DNA from: Fimicolochytrium jonesii
Taxonomy: Eukaryota
Assembly: GCF_025526975.1 (NCBI RefSeq)
Contig: NW_026515668.1
Coordinates: 1,674,001 to 1,738,000 of the forward strand
Reading direction: 5' to 3'
Length of the DNA: 64,000 nucleotides
Below, in pieces: positions 46,133 to 58,898 of this stretch. Positions within the stretch are counted from its first letter, which is position 1. Every line of letters starts with the position of its first letter. The position numbers and the translations under genes are program-made. Under the pieces are notes generated by a model. That model worked only from the letters and a program-made list of their open reading frames with translations. It was not told the origin of the DNA and ran no database searches.

Positions 46133-47818
46133 ATGAAACGAGGACACACCGCAGACGAGACCTCGAACCCCTCCTCTCCCTCCTTACGTTCGGCGTCCAA
46201 GGCCGTCGCCGCCGCTACAAGTGAGTCCTCTCTCCATCCCCACATCGTCCATTTTCCCACGGAGCTAAACGCACCCCACCCATCTTCCAAACGCAGTCAT
46301 GTCCAAAGTCCCAAGGATGATGAAGGATTACCACCCCTTCCCCCAAAAAGCCAACCACGCCATCGCCTCCGCCGCCAGCGACGCCCACACCCCTCAAACC
46401 GCGTCCTCCGCGTACAAGCTCGCGTGGGCCGACGATGAATTCCTCCACCGCGATGATCTCCGTCCTCTCCGCTTACAACTGGAGTACACGAAGCCGGAGA
46501 AGGTGATGCAGGACCACGACATCGACAGCACGATTGTGGTGTTTGGCAGCGCGCGGATTAGGGATATCGAGCAGGCTACCGCGCAGTTGAAGGCTGCTGA
46601 GCAGCTGGTGAAAACGAAGGGGGAAAAAGATGAGGAGGCGAGGGAGAAGCTGAGGGTCGCGAGGAGAATGGTGGATAGTGTGAAATATTATGATGCCGCG
46701 CAGGAATTGGGGAGGATTGTGACGGAGCATAGTGATGGCAATAAGCTGTGAGTTGGGTGCGGGTATTGGGTAGGGGATGGGAAACGGGATTTTGAGCCTC
46801 AACGCTTGATGCCTTATTGCTTCAGAGTTGTTATCACTGGTGGAGGCCCTGGAATCATGGAGGCTGCGAACCGAGGAGCTAGCGAGGGTATGTGATCATC
46901 GCACCGCGAAATATTCGTCAGTTTGAGACATGTGGCTAAACGTGACCCAATCTTTTCAGTCCCTGATGGCCGTTCCGTGGGGCTCAACATCGTACTCCCT
47001 TTCGAGCAGAGGCCGAACCCATACATCACACCGGAGGTATGTGGCACGGGCTCCGATGAGAAGACCTTTGGGGAAGGCTGACCAACGATTTGATTACAGC
47101 TCTGCTTCAACTTCCACTACTTCTGTATGTCATCACTTGATCTAGGGGACTCAAAGTCTTCCGCTCCTAACCCAGTCAACCATCATTAGCGATGCGGAAG
47201 ATGCATTTTCTGGGACGTGCTCGCGCGCTGGTTGCCTTCCCTGGTAAGGATTCGAGGGGAAGCAATACATATTCACGGTCGTCTGACAAGTCTATCGTCC
47301 ACATCGCTAGGTGGCTGGGGAACCATGGACGAGCTATTCGAGGCATTGACACTGATCCAGACGAAGAAGATGGCGCCCATGTGAGACGCTGTTTCCCGAA
47401 TCGGACTGACTTTAGCTTTTAGTGAATATTGATGTCAAATCTGCCATTCCAGTCCGGTCATCTTGTTCTCGAAGGCATGGTGGGAGAGAATCGTTAACTT
47501 TGACAGCATGTTGGACGAGGTATGTTACGTCTGGTGAAAGAACTCGGATTACTCGTCGCTGATGTGGTTTTACTCCCCAGGGCGTCATCTCCAAGAACGA
47601 CTTCACGCTCTTCAAGTACGCCGAGACGGCACAGGAAGGTGAGCAACTCCATCCTTGGCATAGGAGAGACTCCCATATATCATCCCTGGTATGTACTGAA
47701 CGCCTGGTCTCCAGCGTGGGGTCACATCACCGCCTTTTACAAGGAGACGAGCAAGAATGTGGACGGACCGACGGCGAAGCGTCCCAAGGTGGACGATCCT
47801 GCTCAGAAGCAGGGGTAA
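46133..47818 (+). CDS. LOG-family (TIGR00730/'lysine decarboxylase-like') nucleotide phosphoribohydrolase, 10 exons
   Basis: IVVFGSARI, TGGGPGIMEAANRGA, GLNIVLPFEQRPNPYITPELCFNFHYFSMRKMHF, FPGGWGTMDELFEALTLIQT; the frame is restored by 9 GT-AG introns. Confidence 0.92.
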
Positions 47819-48056
47819 TGGGACTTGCGAAGGATATTGTGGAGATATGGACTTGACTGTTTTCAGACCGTTGGGATCGTTGCGGATTCAAAGAGAAAGC
47901 CTGGACGTTGCTACTCTGTGTAATATACACATCGCCCAACATTCCTCCCATGCTAAAGTGTCGAACCGCTGTGCTAAAGTGCTCAAGTGCTGAACCGCTG
48001 TCGCACTTGCAAAAGCGTGCGTTGAAGTGACCTTCACCCCTCTCTCAGGTGCTGTC

Positions 48057-48080
48057 TGTGTGTGTGTGTGTGTGTGTGTG
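48057..48080. repeat. (TG)12 microsatellite
   Basis: Direct reading. Confidence 0.95.
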
Positions 48081-48638
48081 CGTGCGACGAGGGAAGTGCA
48101 ATCCGTCTGTGGTCATCGAAACCAGTCACGAAGGAGACGAATGCGGCAGCCAGCCATTTCAACAGCGTCTTTCTGAGCCATCATCACACTCCCGCTTGCG
48201 TTCGCACCGTCAGTCAACAAAAAGCGCCCCCCCCTCCTCCGCAACAACTTGCACCCAGCACTTCCACACTCTCCCACTAGCTAAAAAAGCGTCCAGCAGA
48301 ACAATACCACGGTCCACCTTATTCTCAGAACCCAGGAGACACTGGCAGCATATCCCACAGTTCAGCGTAGAAGGATAGGCGGTCTTTGGCCCTTTCTGCA
48401 TAAAGCATAGGTAACCTAGTTCTATGAGCGGTGTGTTTTTGCACTTCTCATTACCACTTGCCCTCCCAGGAAGGCTCACACACCTCTCTCTGCATATCTA
48501 CTGCACCAGACGTCCCAGGCGAATCGGGAGAAGCAGGTCATCTTCCTCCATTGTCTCCGTGTTGTGTCACTAGCCCGAAATCGCGTTTAAAGAAAAAGCT
48601 CTTGTCATCTTGTCGAAAAAAACCACACACACAACACC

Positions 48639-50471
48639 ATGTCTATCCCCGCTCGACGTCGACAGCAGCCATTTTTGCAGTACGCCGAAAGTGGCGGGCA
48701 TGTTCCTTCTCCACTTACGCTGTACCCCTCCGAGCCGGGCGCCGGCATATCGCCTGAACAACCGCCCGAAAGTAGTGACATAGCCCCCTCGTCGTCGAAT
48801 AAACGCAAAGCGAACGACGACGACCCTGCTGGCAGAGCGCCGACGAGAACTTCGTGTATGTTGGCGTAGCTCTAAACGTTGCTATGAAAGGAAAGCTTTT
48901 GTATTAGAATCCTTCGTTGATGGTTCTTTATTGCTACATCCAGCCCGCGCAAAACGAGCCCCTACAGCATCATACACCCCCGACCACGAGCACAACACCC
49001 GTAAGAAAGGAAAGACATCAACAACAGCACCCCCATCGGGTCCCAGTTCCTCCAGACCTTCATCAGCAGCAGCGGCGTCATCGCCAGTGATCTCGGCAGC
49101 AATACCTAGAAACGCATCGGGAGCGAAGAAATCGTCACATCGAGCGGGGAATGCTAGGAGCGGCAATGCAGCTAGTAATAGGAGCACAAGGAGTCCGACG
49201 GAGGCGGGTGGAAGTGTGGGGATAGAGACTGAGCCGCCACGGGAGAGAGGTGTTGATGACAGTAAGCAGAGGCGAAAACACAGTGGGTCTTCATTCGCGT
49301 GAAGTGTGAGATTGATTGTGTTGTTGGGCAGTTTTGAATTTTGATGATACGGTCCTGGACGGAGATTCGCCACTCGTGGCCAAGAAGAAACTGCTTGTTA
49401 GGGCTGCCAAAGTGGAGATGATTGCTATTGGGCAAGACGCTGCAAAACTCTGGGCACGGTTAGTAACCTTTTCCCGGTTTTTCTTCTGATGTTGCCGAAA
49501 TGTAACCTTGAGCATCTGCCAAACAGCCGTCGTCAGCTGGAACTTGACGCATTGGAACTCGAGACGAGTGCAGTACAAGATGGTATGGTTTCGCCTCTGC
49601 AGCCCGAAAATGGAGTGGCTCGAATTAACCACTCGGCTTCTCTGCACCCTTCCAGAAACGCACTCCTGCTTCGACGAGGGAATCAAGCAGGCCGAACAAC
49701 GTAACGAAATCAACAAAGCTCGACACAGACTCGAGAAGGAGTTTTACCAAACACAATGTTTGGCTAGTATAAAACACGCGAATACTGACTTCATTGTAAG
49801 TCAATGCCGCATTTTGTTGCTACGTACCGCAGATCTTTCTGCGAAGTGGACGGCGTCATTCGATTGGGACTTACCGTGTCGCTTTAGGTTCGACGAGGGG
49901 ATGCACGAAAGGGCCTTTTGCGGACATATTACGATATGATATGGCGGTTAAAAGATGAGAAGAGGAAGGTGGACGACGCGGAGTTGTGGGAAGAAGGTTC
50001 GTCAATACCTCTGTTGATTTATCAATCACGTACTTCTCCTCGATGCTGTATTCTCAAACTCTCTATGTCTCCATCCGTAGACCAATCGATAGAGATGCGC
50101 GTAAAACGTCGCAAAGCCGACATTGAGGAATTGCAGCGCTCGTCGACGGGGTTACCGCCCTATGCGAAAGCGGAAGAGTATCCGGCATGGATCAGGGCGA
50201 AGATATTGGAGAATCGAAGGCAGGGGGGACGAGTGGTAAGATTCTGACCGCCCAATCAAATCCCCATTGAATTCGTTTGACTTACATGCTCGGACCCCAC
50301 CAGGTAACCCCACCCCGCACCTGCGAAGGCCTCCGCAAATCCGAAGTCGAGATGGACCTCGATGTCATCCGCGCCGGCAGCGCAGCCGCAGCTATCGCAA
50401 ACGTCAGCGCCGATGTGCACGCTATAGCTAATTCTACCGAGAAGACGGCGGCAGCTTCCCAAGAACGCTAA
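48639..50471 (+). CDS. Sds3/Dep1-like Sin3-HDAC complex subunit, multi-exon
   Basis: Disordered N-terminus; LDALELETSAVQD|ETHSCFDEGIKQAEQR coiled coil (cf. E..I..GTHP motif); C-terminal GLRKSEVEMDLDVI. Confidence 0.6.
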
Positions 50472-51292
50472 ACAACCGAGACTCTCTCGATTCATCTGCC
50501 GCATCTCATCAAAGACATGGACAAGGACATATCGCACAGCTAGCGCACACCGACATGCACACGGCGCAACACACACATCTCCCACCGCACCACGCAGTTT
50601 TTGGATATCTAGATTTTTTTTCCGTTTCTCATTCCTCTTTGGCATTTCTGGGGGATGCAAGTCTTCTGCGTGAAAACTTGACACACTACTCTTTCTTTCT
50701 GCGATGCATCTTCCCCCCTCGCACTTCCATCAGTGTTGAGCGGAACCTCCTTGTTTTGTTGCATTTATGATCTGAATATAATTTTCTCATTTTTTGGACT
50801 TGGTGTTGACAGGTAGGGTTTGTAGGCAGTGATCATCATTAGCCCCGGAACGCGTTCTAGGCCCAATCTCAAAGGCAACTGACTCGGCCGGCCGGCCTAC
50901 TCTGGAGCCATGGCTCCAACTCTGATGAAGATCATCAAGGGGGATCAGGCCCTTCCCACGGGCGTTATTGATGAGGTTGTTTGTTCACTATTGGCGAACG
51001 GGCACATGGATATGGCAGCTCCGGGGTAGGTCGGCGTAGACCGTGCCCTTACGTCGTCGCTTTACTTCTTTCCATTTCAGGAGCGTTCGCTGTTCACCGA
51101 ACGGCCTTAGAGCCTTTCTCAACGGCAGGTGATATAAGTCACAACCGCCCATGGACTGCCGGGGTGCAGAGACGCCCTGCGCGGGATTCTATACTGCCTC
51201 ATAATAACGGTGATCTAGATTGACATCCGCCCGTGAGGTGAACTATTATATAATCCAGGCTTGAACGTGGCAGCGACGGACTCCCAAGCGCA

Positions 51293-52423
51293 ATGCTCAC
51301 ACCATCGGACGACGCCGCCGCGTATACCATCTCCGCAACCACCGACATCTCAACGCTCGGCACAATCCTCGGCGACCACTTCCACCCCACCCTCCTCAAC
51401 ACGCTAGCCACATCCGCCATCCACGCCGGAAACGCGGACATCCTCTCCCACCTCCTCTCCATGCACGGGGCGGACCCTCTCGCAAGCAACCATGATCTCC
51501 TGCAAGTCGCCGCGCATTTAATCCACCCGCGCTGCTTCTATCAGCTGATATTCCACTATGCGGCGCGATATTCGCCCCACGAGGTGTTTGATCTCGCCGC
51601 GTGGCTGTCTCGAGCGTTCTACGATTGCACATGGACGCCGGCTGGGAGACCACAGCAACGGCAGCAACAGAAAGCGGACGTAGAACCAGACTACATGCGA
51701 CATTGCCGCGCGGCACGATTCGCAGCGGCGATCATCATCTGCTCCAAAAGCGGACGACAAGCCCGACAGTTCCTCTACCCCGCCGTGCACGCCGCGGTAG
51801 CCAAAACCCTCCAGTTCGCAAACACGCCCCTGGCCGCCCTCTACTCCACCCAATCCTCAGCGTGGATCAGATCATACCTCCCTTCACCCGAGCGCCTGCT
51901 CCGTAGCGTGTTCAGCGACCACCCGCAGCGGTGCAGACTGAAGTGCAGGCATCCGAGGGAACAGATCATCCGCGCGCTGCTCTCGTTTGGCCCGCATCTC
52001 TCCACACAGGCGTTTCATAACCTCATGCGCACGATGGTTGCGCATACCGTAACACCAGACGAGCGGGCGTGGATGGACCACGCTTCCGCGGACATGGATC
52101 CGGACCTAACCCCCATACGCACCGACAAACTCCACCCGCCAGGCCCACACCACCGCCCCCGCTCCGGCCCTTGCGTCCTCTGGTGGAACACGATTGCGAA
52201 CCTCCTGGCCCAGTCCGTTATCTCCGGCATCCGACAAGACCTCCACAACCTCCTCCTACTGCGGTATCGCGGGCGGTATGACTCCAATGCGAGCGATGCG
52301 CTGAGGGGTCAGATTGTGGTGAGGGCGGATAGCGATGTGTTTCGGTGTGTGTGTGATTGGATGGGGGCGGGGGCTACTGTTGGGGGGCTGTTAAAGCCGT
52401 GGGGATTGTTTAAGGAGACGTGA
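51293..52423 (+). CDS. Uncharacterised single-exon helical protein with an ankyrin-like segment
   Basis: 376-aa ORF; SAIHAGNADILSHLLSMHGADP resembles one ankyrin repeat. Confidence 0.6.
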   Translation: MLTPSDDAAAYTISATTDISTLGTILGDHFHPTLLNTLATSAIHAGNADILSHLLSMHGADPLASNHDLLQVAAHLIHPRCFYQLIFHYAARYSPHEVFDLAAWLSRAFYDCTWTPAGRPQQRQQQKADVEPDYMRHCRAARFAAAIIICSKSGRQARQFLYPAVHAAVAKTLQFANTPLAALYSTQSSAWIRSYLPSPERLLRSVFSDHPQRCRLKCRHPREQIIRALLSFGPHLSTQAFHNLMRTMVAHTVTPDERAWMDHASADMDPDLTPIRTDKLHPPGPHHRPRSGPCVLWWNTIANLLAQSVISGIRQDLHNLLLLRYRGRYDSNASDALRGQIVVRADSDVFRCVCDWMGAGATVGGLLKPWGLFKET

Positions 52424-52613
52424 AATGAGGGAGGAATGATGGTTGATGGAATGATGGTTGCAGTTTACATGCGTGTCTGTGGATCCCCTTGGGGACCCGA
52501 AATATTCAGGCATCGATGTGGTGCTTGCACTGAGAAGTCATAGAGCTTTGTCTTATGTAAATCTCGCGGGCAGCCGTCCGCCGTAGATAGTTCTCTGAGG
52601 TAGCTTTTGGGTC

Positions 52614-53100
52614 ATGTCGTCGAGCGTTCCCGTAACGCTGAAGGACGATGAAAACAATATCTGTAGCACTTGCTACCAAACAATGGAGGGCACCATTGTC
52701 ATATACCCATTGCCAAACATGCCCACAAAATGCCGATACCTCTCAAAAGCCGATTTCGAAAATTTAGAAATGTCTGACTCTTCCGGTATCAAAGTTTCCT
52801 TCCCCATTCGCATTCGCTGAGAAGATCTGGTGTGTGCATGGCAAATCTGATGTGCGGGGGAAATACCGGCAGACACGCTGACACCTTCACGCTGTCGATT
52901 TTCATATTTCAGGCGTCAAAATCTCTGGCCAACGAACGACTTGAATTATGGCAATTCGAGCAACGTACAGTACGAGAGGCTCATCTTTTTCCCATTTCCC
53001 ATGAAGCTCTAGACAATAGTACAACTCAAGATCCAAAATCCCCGAAGAATGAGCAGCGTTCGAAAACGAATACTGTACGTAACAGAACCAGACAATGTGT
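52614..53100 (+). CDS. Possible small hypothetical protein (2 exons?)
   Basis: ATG ORF MSSSVPVTLKDDENNICSTCYQTM... with a possible intron to an acceptor at ~52912; no family recognised. Confidence 0.25.
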
Positions 53101-53289
53101 ACAAAATCAAAAATGTCCAAAAAGCTTGTGTCTCCAAGAGGGCTGTCGAATGTCGAGTGGAGGGTTAAGGCACATCGGCGGGTATGAGATGATGAAGTTG
53201 GGGAAGCAACAGCTTGCGGTATGTACATTAACAGTATCTCGCGGGGAGTGATCAATATATGGCGTGTGGTGTGGTGATGGAGGTCCAGG

Positions 53290-56060
53290 TTACATTGTCA
53301 TATACTGTTGAGAAAAATAGTCAGTTTTGGATGGAAGCGTGCCTGAGAATTCTGGAGGAAACCCACCTTATACCGCGGCCCCTTGATAGGAAACACGGCC
53401 AAACTCGCCATAAACAGCCCAATCCCAATACTCATCCCAATCATCAACATCTCAAACACCACCTGCACCGCATCCGTGCTGTTCTTCCCAAAGAACCCCA
53501 ACGTCGCTCTCACGCCCATACTCCCCGGCACCAGCATCACAATCCCCACAATGATCGCGGGCACCGCCACATCCTTCGTCAACCGCGAATATATATTCGC
53601 CGCAACCCCAATCGTGAACGCCGAAATCGCATTAGGCACCACCTGCCCCGCCGACGTGCTGAACTGCGGGAGGGTGGAGAGCACCGAGTAGACTGTGTAG
53701 CCGATGGTGGAGACGAGGGAGATGTGGAGGAATTGCGGGCGGCGCGCTTCGAAGAGGATGAGGAAGGAGAAGCAGAGGGGGGGAAAGAAGAGGAAGTTCC
53801 AGAGGGGGGAGATGGCGGGAGGGCAGTGGGTGAGCGTGGTGTCGTCGATGTTGTCGGGGGCCCAGGTGACGACTGCCCGGCCGGAGGTGATGCCGAAGCC
53901 GAGCATGGATGCTGGTTTTGGGTTGGGGGATGTGTTATTAGTGTGGTTAGCCAATGCAAGGCCATTCTCAGATGCAGAAAGTGAGCCGGCGCTTCTCGTT
54001 ACCATGGAATAATGCCGAAAAGATTCGTACTGTCCCGGACACTATGTTTTTTGTCGCAACCTCAATCAACGAGATGGTGATAGACAAGCCCTAAGAACAC
54101 AAAGTTCGCCGAGATGGACTAATGAGCAAAGGCAACACCTGCACGAAATTCATGAAATGCGGTACTCACAGGTAGGAGGTTCACGATCGCGCTCAGAACG
54201 ATCGAAACATGATTATAGCAGTATGTCGGCTGATATTTCCGAAAAGCGGTCATGATCACGCGTGAGATGAAACTGGCGAGGAAGGCGTCCAGGAAGGGGA
54301 TCAAGTGCGGGAAGGCTCGTAGACTACCATCGTCACGCAGAAGTTTCACATTAGCAGTCAACGGCCGCAGGAGACATTGGAAACTCATCGTCTCACCTGT
54401 GCGTCAACAGCGTCGCCCCTACGCCCAATCCCAGAACAGCCGAAATGGCTCCATCTACCCATGTGCCGCCGAACCCAATCATACAGATCGTGAACGAAAC
54501 AACGGGGTACGCAGCCCAACTCCACCCCACCCCCCAATCCGGCTCCGCAGCAATAACATTCAACCGATCCACCGCACCCCGCACCTCCAAATCTCCCGCA
54601 ATCACATTCTTACACAGCCGGTTGACCAAGCTCAACTTGTACATATGCCACGACTGACCAACCTTGATCAAATGCGTAGAAGACTCATGATCCTCGTCGC
54701 CAAACGATACCCATATCACACCCGGGATGACGACGAACGAAGCTGGCTGCTCGAGAGCAAGCGCTACCAGTTCCAGGAGGTACTCGATCCTATGACTCGG
54801 CGCGCCGTATTTTGCAAACGCTTTGGCCAAGCCCATCAGGAAATCGCGCGTGCGCACACGTTGGTCTTTGCTCATCCCCGTAAACATAGTCGCGGTGGAT
54901 TTCCAGCGCCGTTTGAAGGGGCGCTCGAAGAAGAGGGTGTCGTTGGAGGTGTCGTTGTCGTAGATCTGGTCGTGGAGGTCTAGCACCTCGTTTTCTGTTA
55001 GGGAGCTCGCGCTGCGTTCTACGTCCATGGGGAAGCCATGGGTGGGATTGTGTGGGTTAAAGTGGGGGTTGACGGCGGATGTGAAGGCGGATGCGGTGGA
55101 GGCTTCGCGGTGCACACCGCCGAGGGGCGGGGGTGCGACGCGGTAGAGGCCACCGTTGATGCTAAATTGGCGGTAGGCGCCCCGTTGGCTTGGATGATGG
55201 GAAAGTATGGAGCCGCGGGATCGGCTGCGGTTGTAGGTTGGTGGGGCGGACCCAGCTTCCATTTCCGAGATGTCGGAGTTATCTCTTGACGGGATGGTGG
55301 GGAGATCTGCGGACGGTTGGAATGGGTGCGAGTTGGTGTGAAATGTATGCTGCTCAGGTTGATCGTCTGTGGTTATGACGGACTGTGCTAGTGGGGAGGG
55401 GACTGCTGGCCGGGTTCGGAGACTCGATCGTCGGCCGGACAAGTCGACGTTTGATAGATGATGCGGGATGGGGCGTAACGGCCGTACGTCGGCAGCTTCG
55501 TCCGTACGCGAGCGAGAAAGCGTGCTCGCATGGCTTGCTTTATCCGTCATACTCGCTGATTCTGTTGGACCATCGGTATTCCCTCCCATGCCGGAGTCCC
55601 CCATACCACTCGCCCCATCGCCAACCTCGTCGACCCATTTGACCCTTGCAACAGACGAATCTGATCCAGTAGGCGAGCCAGATGACAGCCCGGCAGATGA
55701 GATCACGCTGCCATGTGACGTATTTATCGTCGGCCGTCTACTCTCACTGACGCTTATGCTTGGCGTTTCAGCTCCTCCATCATGAACAAACTCCGACCTG
55801 ACCAGATAATCCGTAGACGAGGCCGCAGATGCTGCCGAGGACACATTCCCGGCATCATCGTTCAAGCCGGTATCCAACGAACGACCGACTGTTTCCGTAC
55901 TCTCCCACCCACTGTCGTCTTCGCTGGAATGTGCACAAGTTAACGGTGGTCCCGCATCCACCACTGCGAGAGACGATGAGGCCGGTGACGGCAGAGGCAA
56001 CGAAGACCCAGAAGTGACAGATTTCCGGCGATGTACTCCATCACGATTCAAAGCGGCCAT
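53290..56060 (-). CDS. ThrE-family threonine/serine exporter-like (Prm10-like) membrane protein, multi-exon
   Basis: FLMGLAKAFAKYGAPSHRIE, SAIVNLLP|GLSITISLIEVATKNIVSG, IVMLVPGSMGVR, MLMIGMSIGIGLF; long Ser-rich N-terminus. Confidence 0.9.
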
Positions 56061-58898
56061 TTTTTGGGTCTGCCAGATGTTGTAAGGTAAATCCCTTCAA
56101 CGCATCAGAAAACTGACAGGAACAAGTGGGGCGACGATCGGAGATAACCACAACACTCGAAGAATGTCACCCACACCCTAAAAGGTTATGCCCGGATGTT
56201 AAAGGAGGGGAGGGGAAAAACAGGGGATTCGCAGGGGAATGCACGGGACAAGCCATCGCGAGAGGAGTAAGGTCGGGGATTGTTGTGTTGTTAAATCCCC
56301 ACGCGACTCCGATTGTGCTTACGTTTTCCTAAGTTCGGGCGCGAAGGAAACTCTCGAAGGACACCGTTTAAAATCCCATCCCAAAGCATGACTTTGACTT
56401 GAGGCCTAACGTATCAGTCGCCGGCGGACAACGAGAAAGAGCTCCGCAGACCTGCGGAAGATAGACTGGCCACCGTTGGGCGCTCGTCGAGACGCTGCCC
56501 TGCGTCTCAAATTTCCGCCACTCGCTACTCAATAAACCTCCGAGGGGCGAGCGGTCCAGGGATAGCTATACCGAAGATATTGCGCCATGCATCAGGAAAG
56601 TTCGAACTATGGCGTCCGGGGAGACCGAAGCGCTTGATTCCAAACGAATGTCGGCGATGCTTGGGTGACTTTTCCGCCGACTGTCTGACAGGTGTCGGAT
56701 TAGCATAAAGCGACTTCTCAACTTGAATTTCCGTCCTGCTCCATAACGCCGGTCTTCGCACCTTTCAAACGCCATGCTGAATGGTCGGTAAGAGTCGTAG
56801 GCAGGCATTCTCAACTATACGATGCCGAGTATCACACTCCCATTGACCGGATCGACCTTGATGGACGCCCATTTGAACTCGGTGGAACAAGTGGAACACG
56901 CCTCTCATGTCGCTCACTCTCATCAGACGGACCGGGCCGCGGGTAAGATCGAGGGACGGGAAGATTGTGCAATCGAACTGGGGAAACTCCATGCACTTCC
57001 GTCTCGATTGCTTGGTAATGGCGTCAAAAGTCTTCGCTAAGCTGAGCGGCACGCGATGTGCCCATTCAGAACCCTTTCACCTGAGATACTCCTGTCTTGC
57101 GATGTCCCTGCCTATCGAAATCAATGAGATATGCTCAGTATCCTTCTGACATCGTGGTATTGCATGCTCGTACCGATTGGCAATTGTCCGCAGGGAGATG
57201 TCATCCAGGAGATGCCCCAACTACATGCATGTTGCTTATAAAGTTTGTTAGTTTTGATGACCCAGCTGTGCTGATTTGGCAATGCCGTAGCATTCGATGT
57301 TGGAACATAGCCAAGATATGCTCCTCCCATTCGTCGATTCAGCGAGCGGTCTCGTCTGCCAAACAGGGCAATGAACACACGTTCCCTGTTGTCGCACGCT
57401 GCATCTGATACAATAGCCATTTGCCGGCTGCAGACAAACGTAAAAACTTTTCCGTATGTGTTACGTGCCATACTTTGATGAGAGGTGAGGAAGGGAGCCG
57501 CCGCCGCTTCTTATATCCCCTGGGAACCGCCCGTGCGGCATATTCACGGAAAGGACACCTACGCTACATGCCCATGAGGAATATGAGCTCATAAGTAACA
57601 GGGAACATGACCACAGGAACGCCCTTTATGCCGATTTCCATCATGCACTGGTCAATTCGAGGAGTTTCTTACAATCCCCAGGCGCTCAGACGGCTACATC
57701 TACATGGTCGGCTTTCAGCAATATGCTACGATTTGCTGAGAGTCTTTGGGCTCACTACCGCTCTGTTATCCATCTCCATCTTCTGCTGTGCCGCATATTG
57801 CAGCACCCTTAAGCTGTGCATGAACAGTTCCGTTTATATCTTCGAACTGAGGTATGGGTGGCTTGAGAGGTTGGGAACCTTGTGCCGTGCATGCTCTCTC
57901 AGTAATGGCGGGCAGGGTTAATGTGTTTTGGCGTACATTCAGATACATGGGCCAGGAAGTTTTGCCAAAACCTCGATGTGAGCTCATTTCTGAGTCTACG
58001 TTTTGCTACGGGTGCTCCATACATCTACGTCGGCTCTGCTTCGACAAAACCGTCTCAGGGTAGCTAATATGGAAGTTGGCAGCCTCGTTTCTCAGTTTAA
58101 CGTCAGTTAGACGCTGTTCGGCCTTACTTGTGCCGACAGTCGCGCTAGCGCTAGCTCCCTCGGCACTTTCAAACAAGTGCTCAATGATAATCACATTTCA
58201 ACAATAATTTCACGCGTTCCATGGTTCAACTCGGTTTTCCTTGGGTATCGCAGCCGGACATCGCTGCACACATGCTTGCGCTGATGACCAAAACACACAA
58301 ATTGGACATGTCCTCCAGTTAAAAAGCATCCTGGCTTCCAATGGCACTGCTGCCGGACAACCTCATTTTGCCGGATTTTGAGTTGGAGGTCAGGTCTGCT
58401 CCCGTTAGCTCCCCAGGTCCAGAAACTCACTCAGAAGAGCCTGGAATGCCAATCTGCATGCCTGCTACGTTGTGCCTTGCATAGCTAACGCATAGGAAGC
58501 AACTTGCTCCGTGGACTATGTCTGTGTGAAATCAATGTGCTATATGTGGCATACTATGTTTGCTATGGACTATTGTTGAAGTGTGATTATTTTTGTGCTG
58601 TTAGGCACTTACTTGTGCGGAAGTGCCATAGTTACCGAGGTTTACGTTGCTACGAGTATAGAAAGATGTCTCCAAACACGAAACGCACGCGCTTACGTTT
58701 GTGTTGGCGCGTTGAACAACAGTCGAGATATTACAGATAAACCTGCACGGGATATCACGTGCTATAAGCGACGTGGTGAGTCATCCACGCAACCTGGACC
58801 CTCGTCTGCCGCATCGCACTCGTCGTTTCGATCTCAAAAACACTGCTGCATCTTGTCAATCCCAGTCGGCAACATTATAGCAGTGGAGTCGTGCAGTC

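Noticed and set aside
40308..47818. ERG9 plus LOG as an isoprenoid/cytokinin biosynthetic cluster
   Set aside because: There is no isopentenyltransferase or tailoring enzyme nearby, and the intervening genes are unrelated.
13862..50471. Apparent cluster of chromatin genes (MTase, Ars2, Mis12, HIRIP3-like, Sds3-like)
   Set aside because: They are interspersed with unrelated housekeeping genes, with no evidence of a functional cluster.
52690..52725. IYPLPNM resembling a succinate dehydrogenase Fe-S subunit motif
   Set aside because: The match is too short and the Fe-S cysteine clusters are absent.
53259..54983. Two ~240-aa plus-strand ORFs
   Set aside because: Antisense shadows of the ThrE-family gene.
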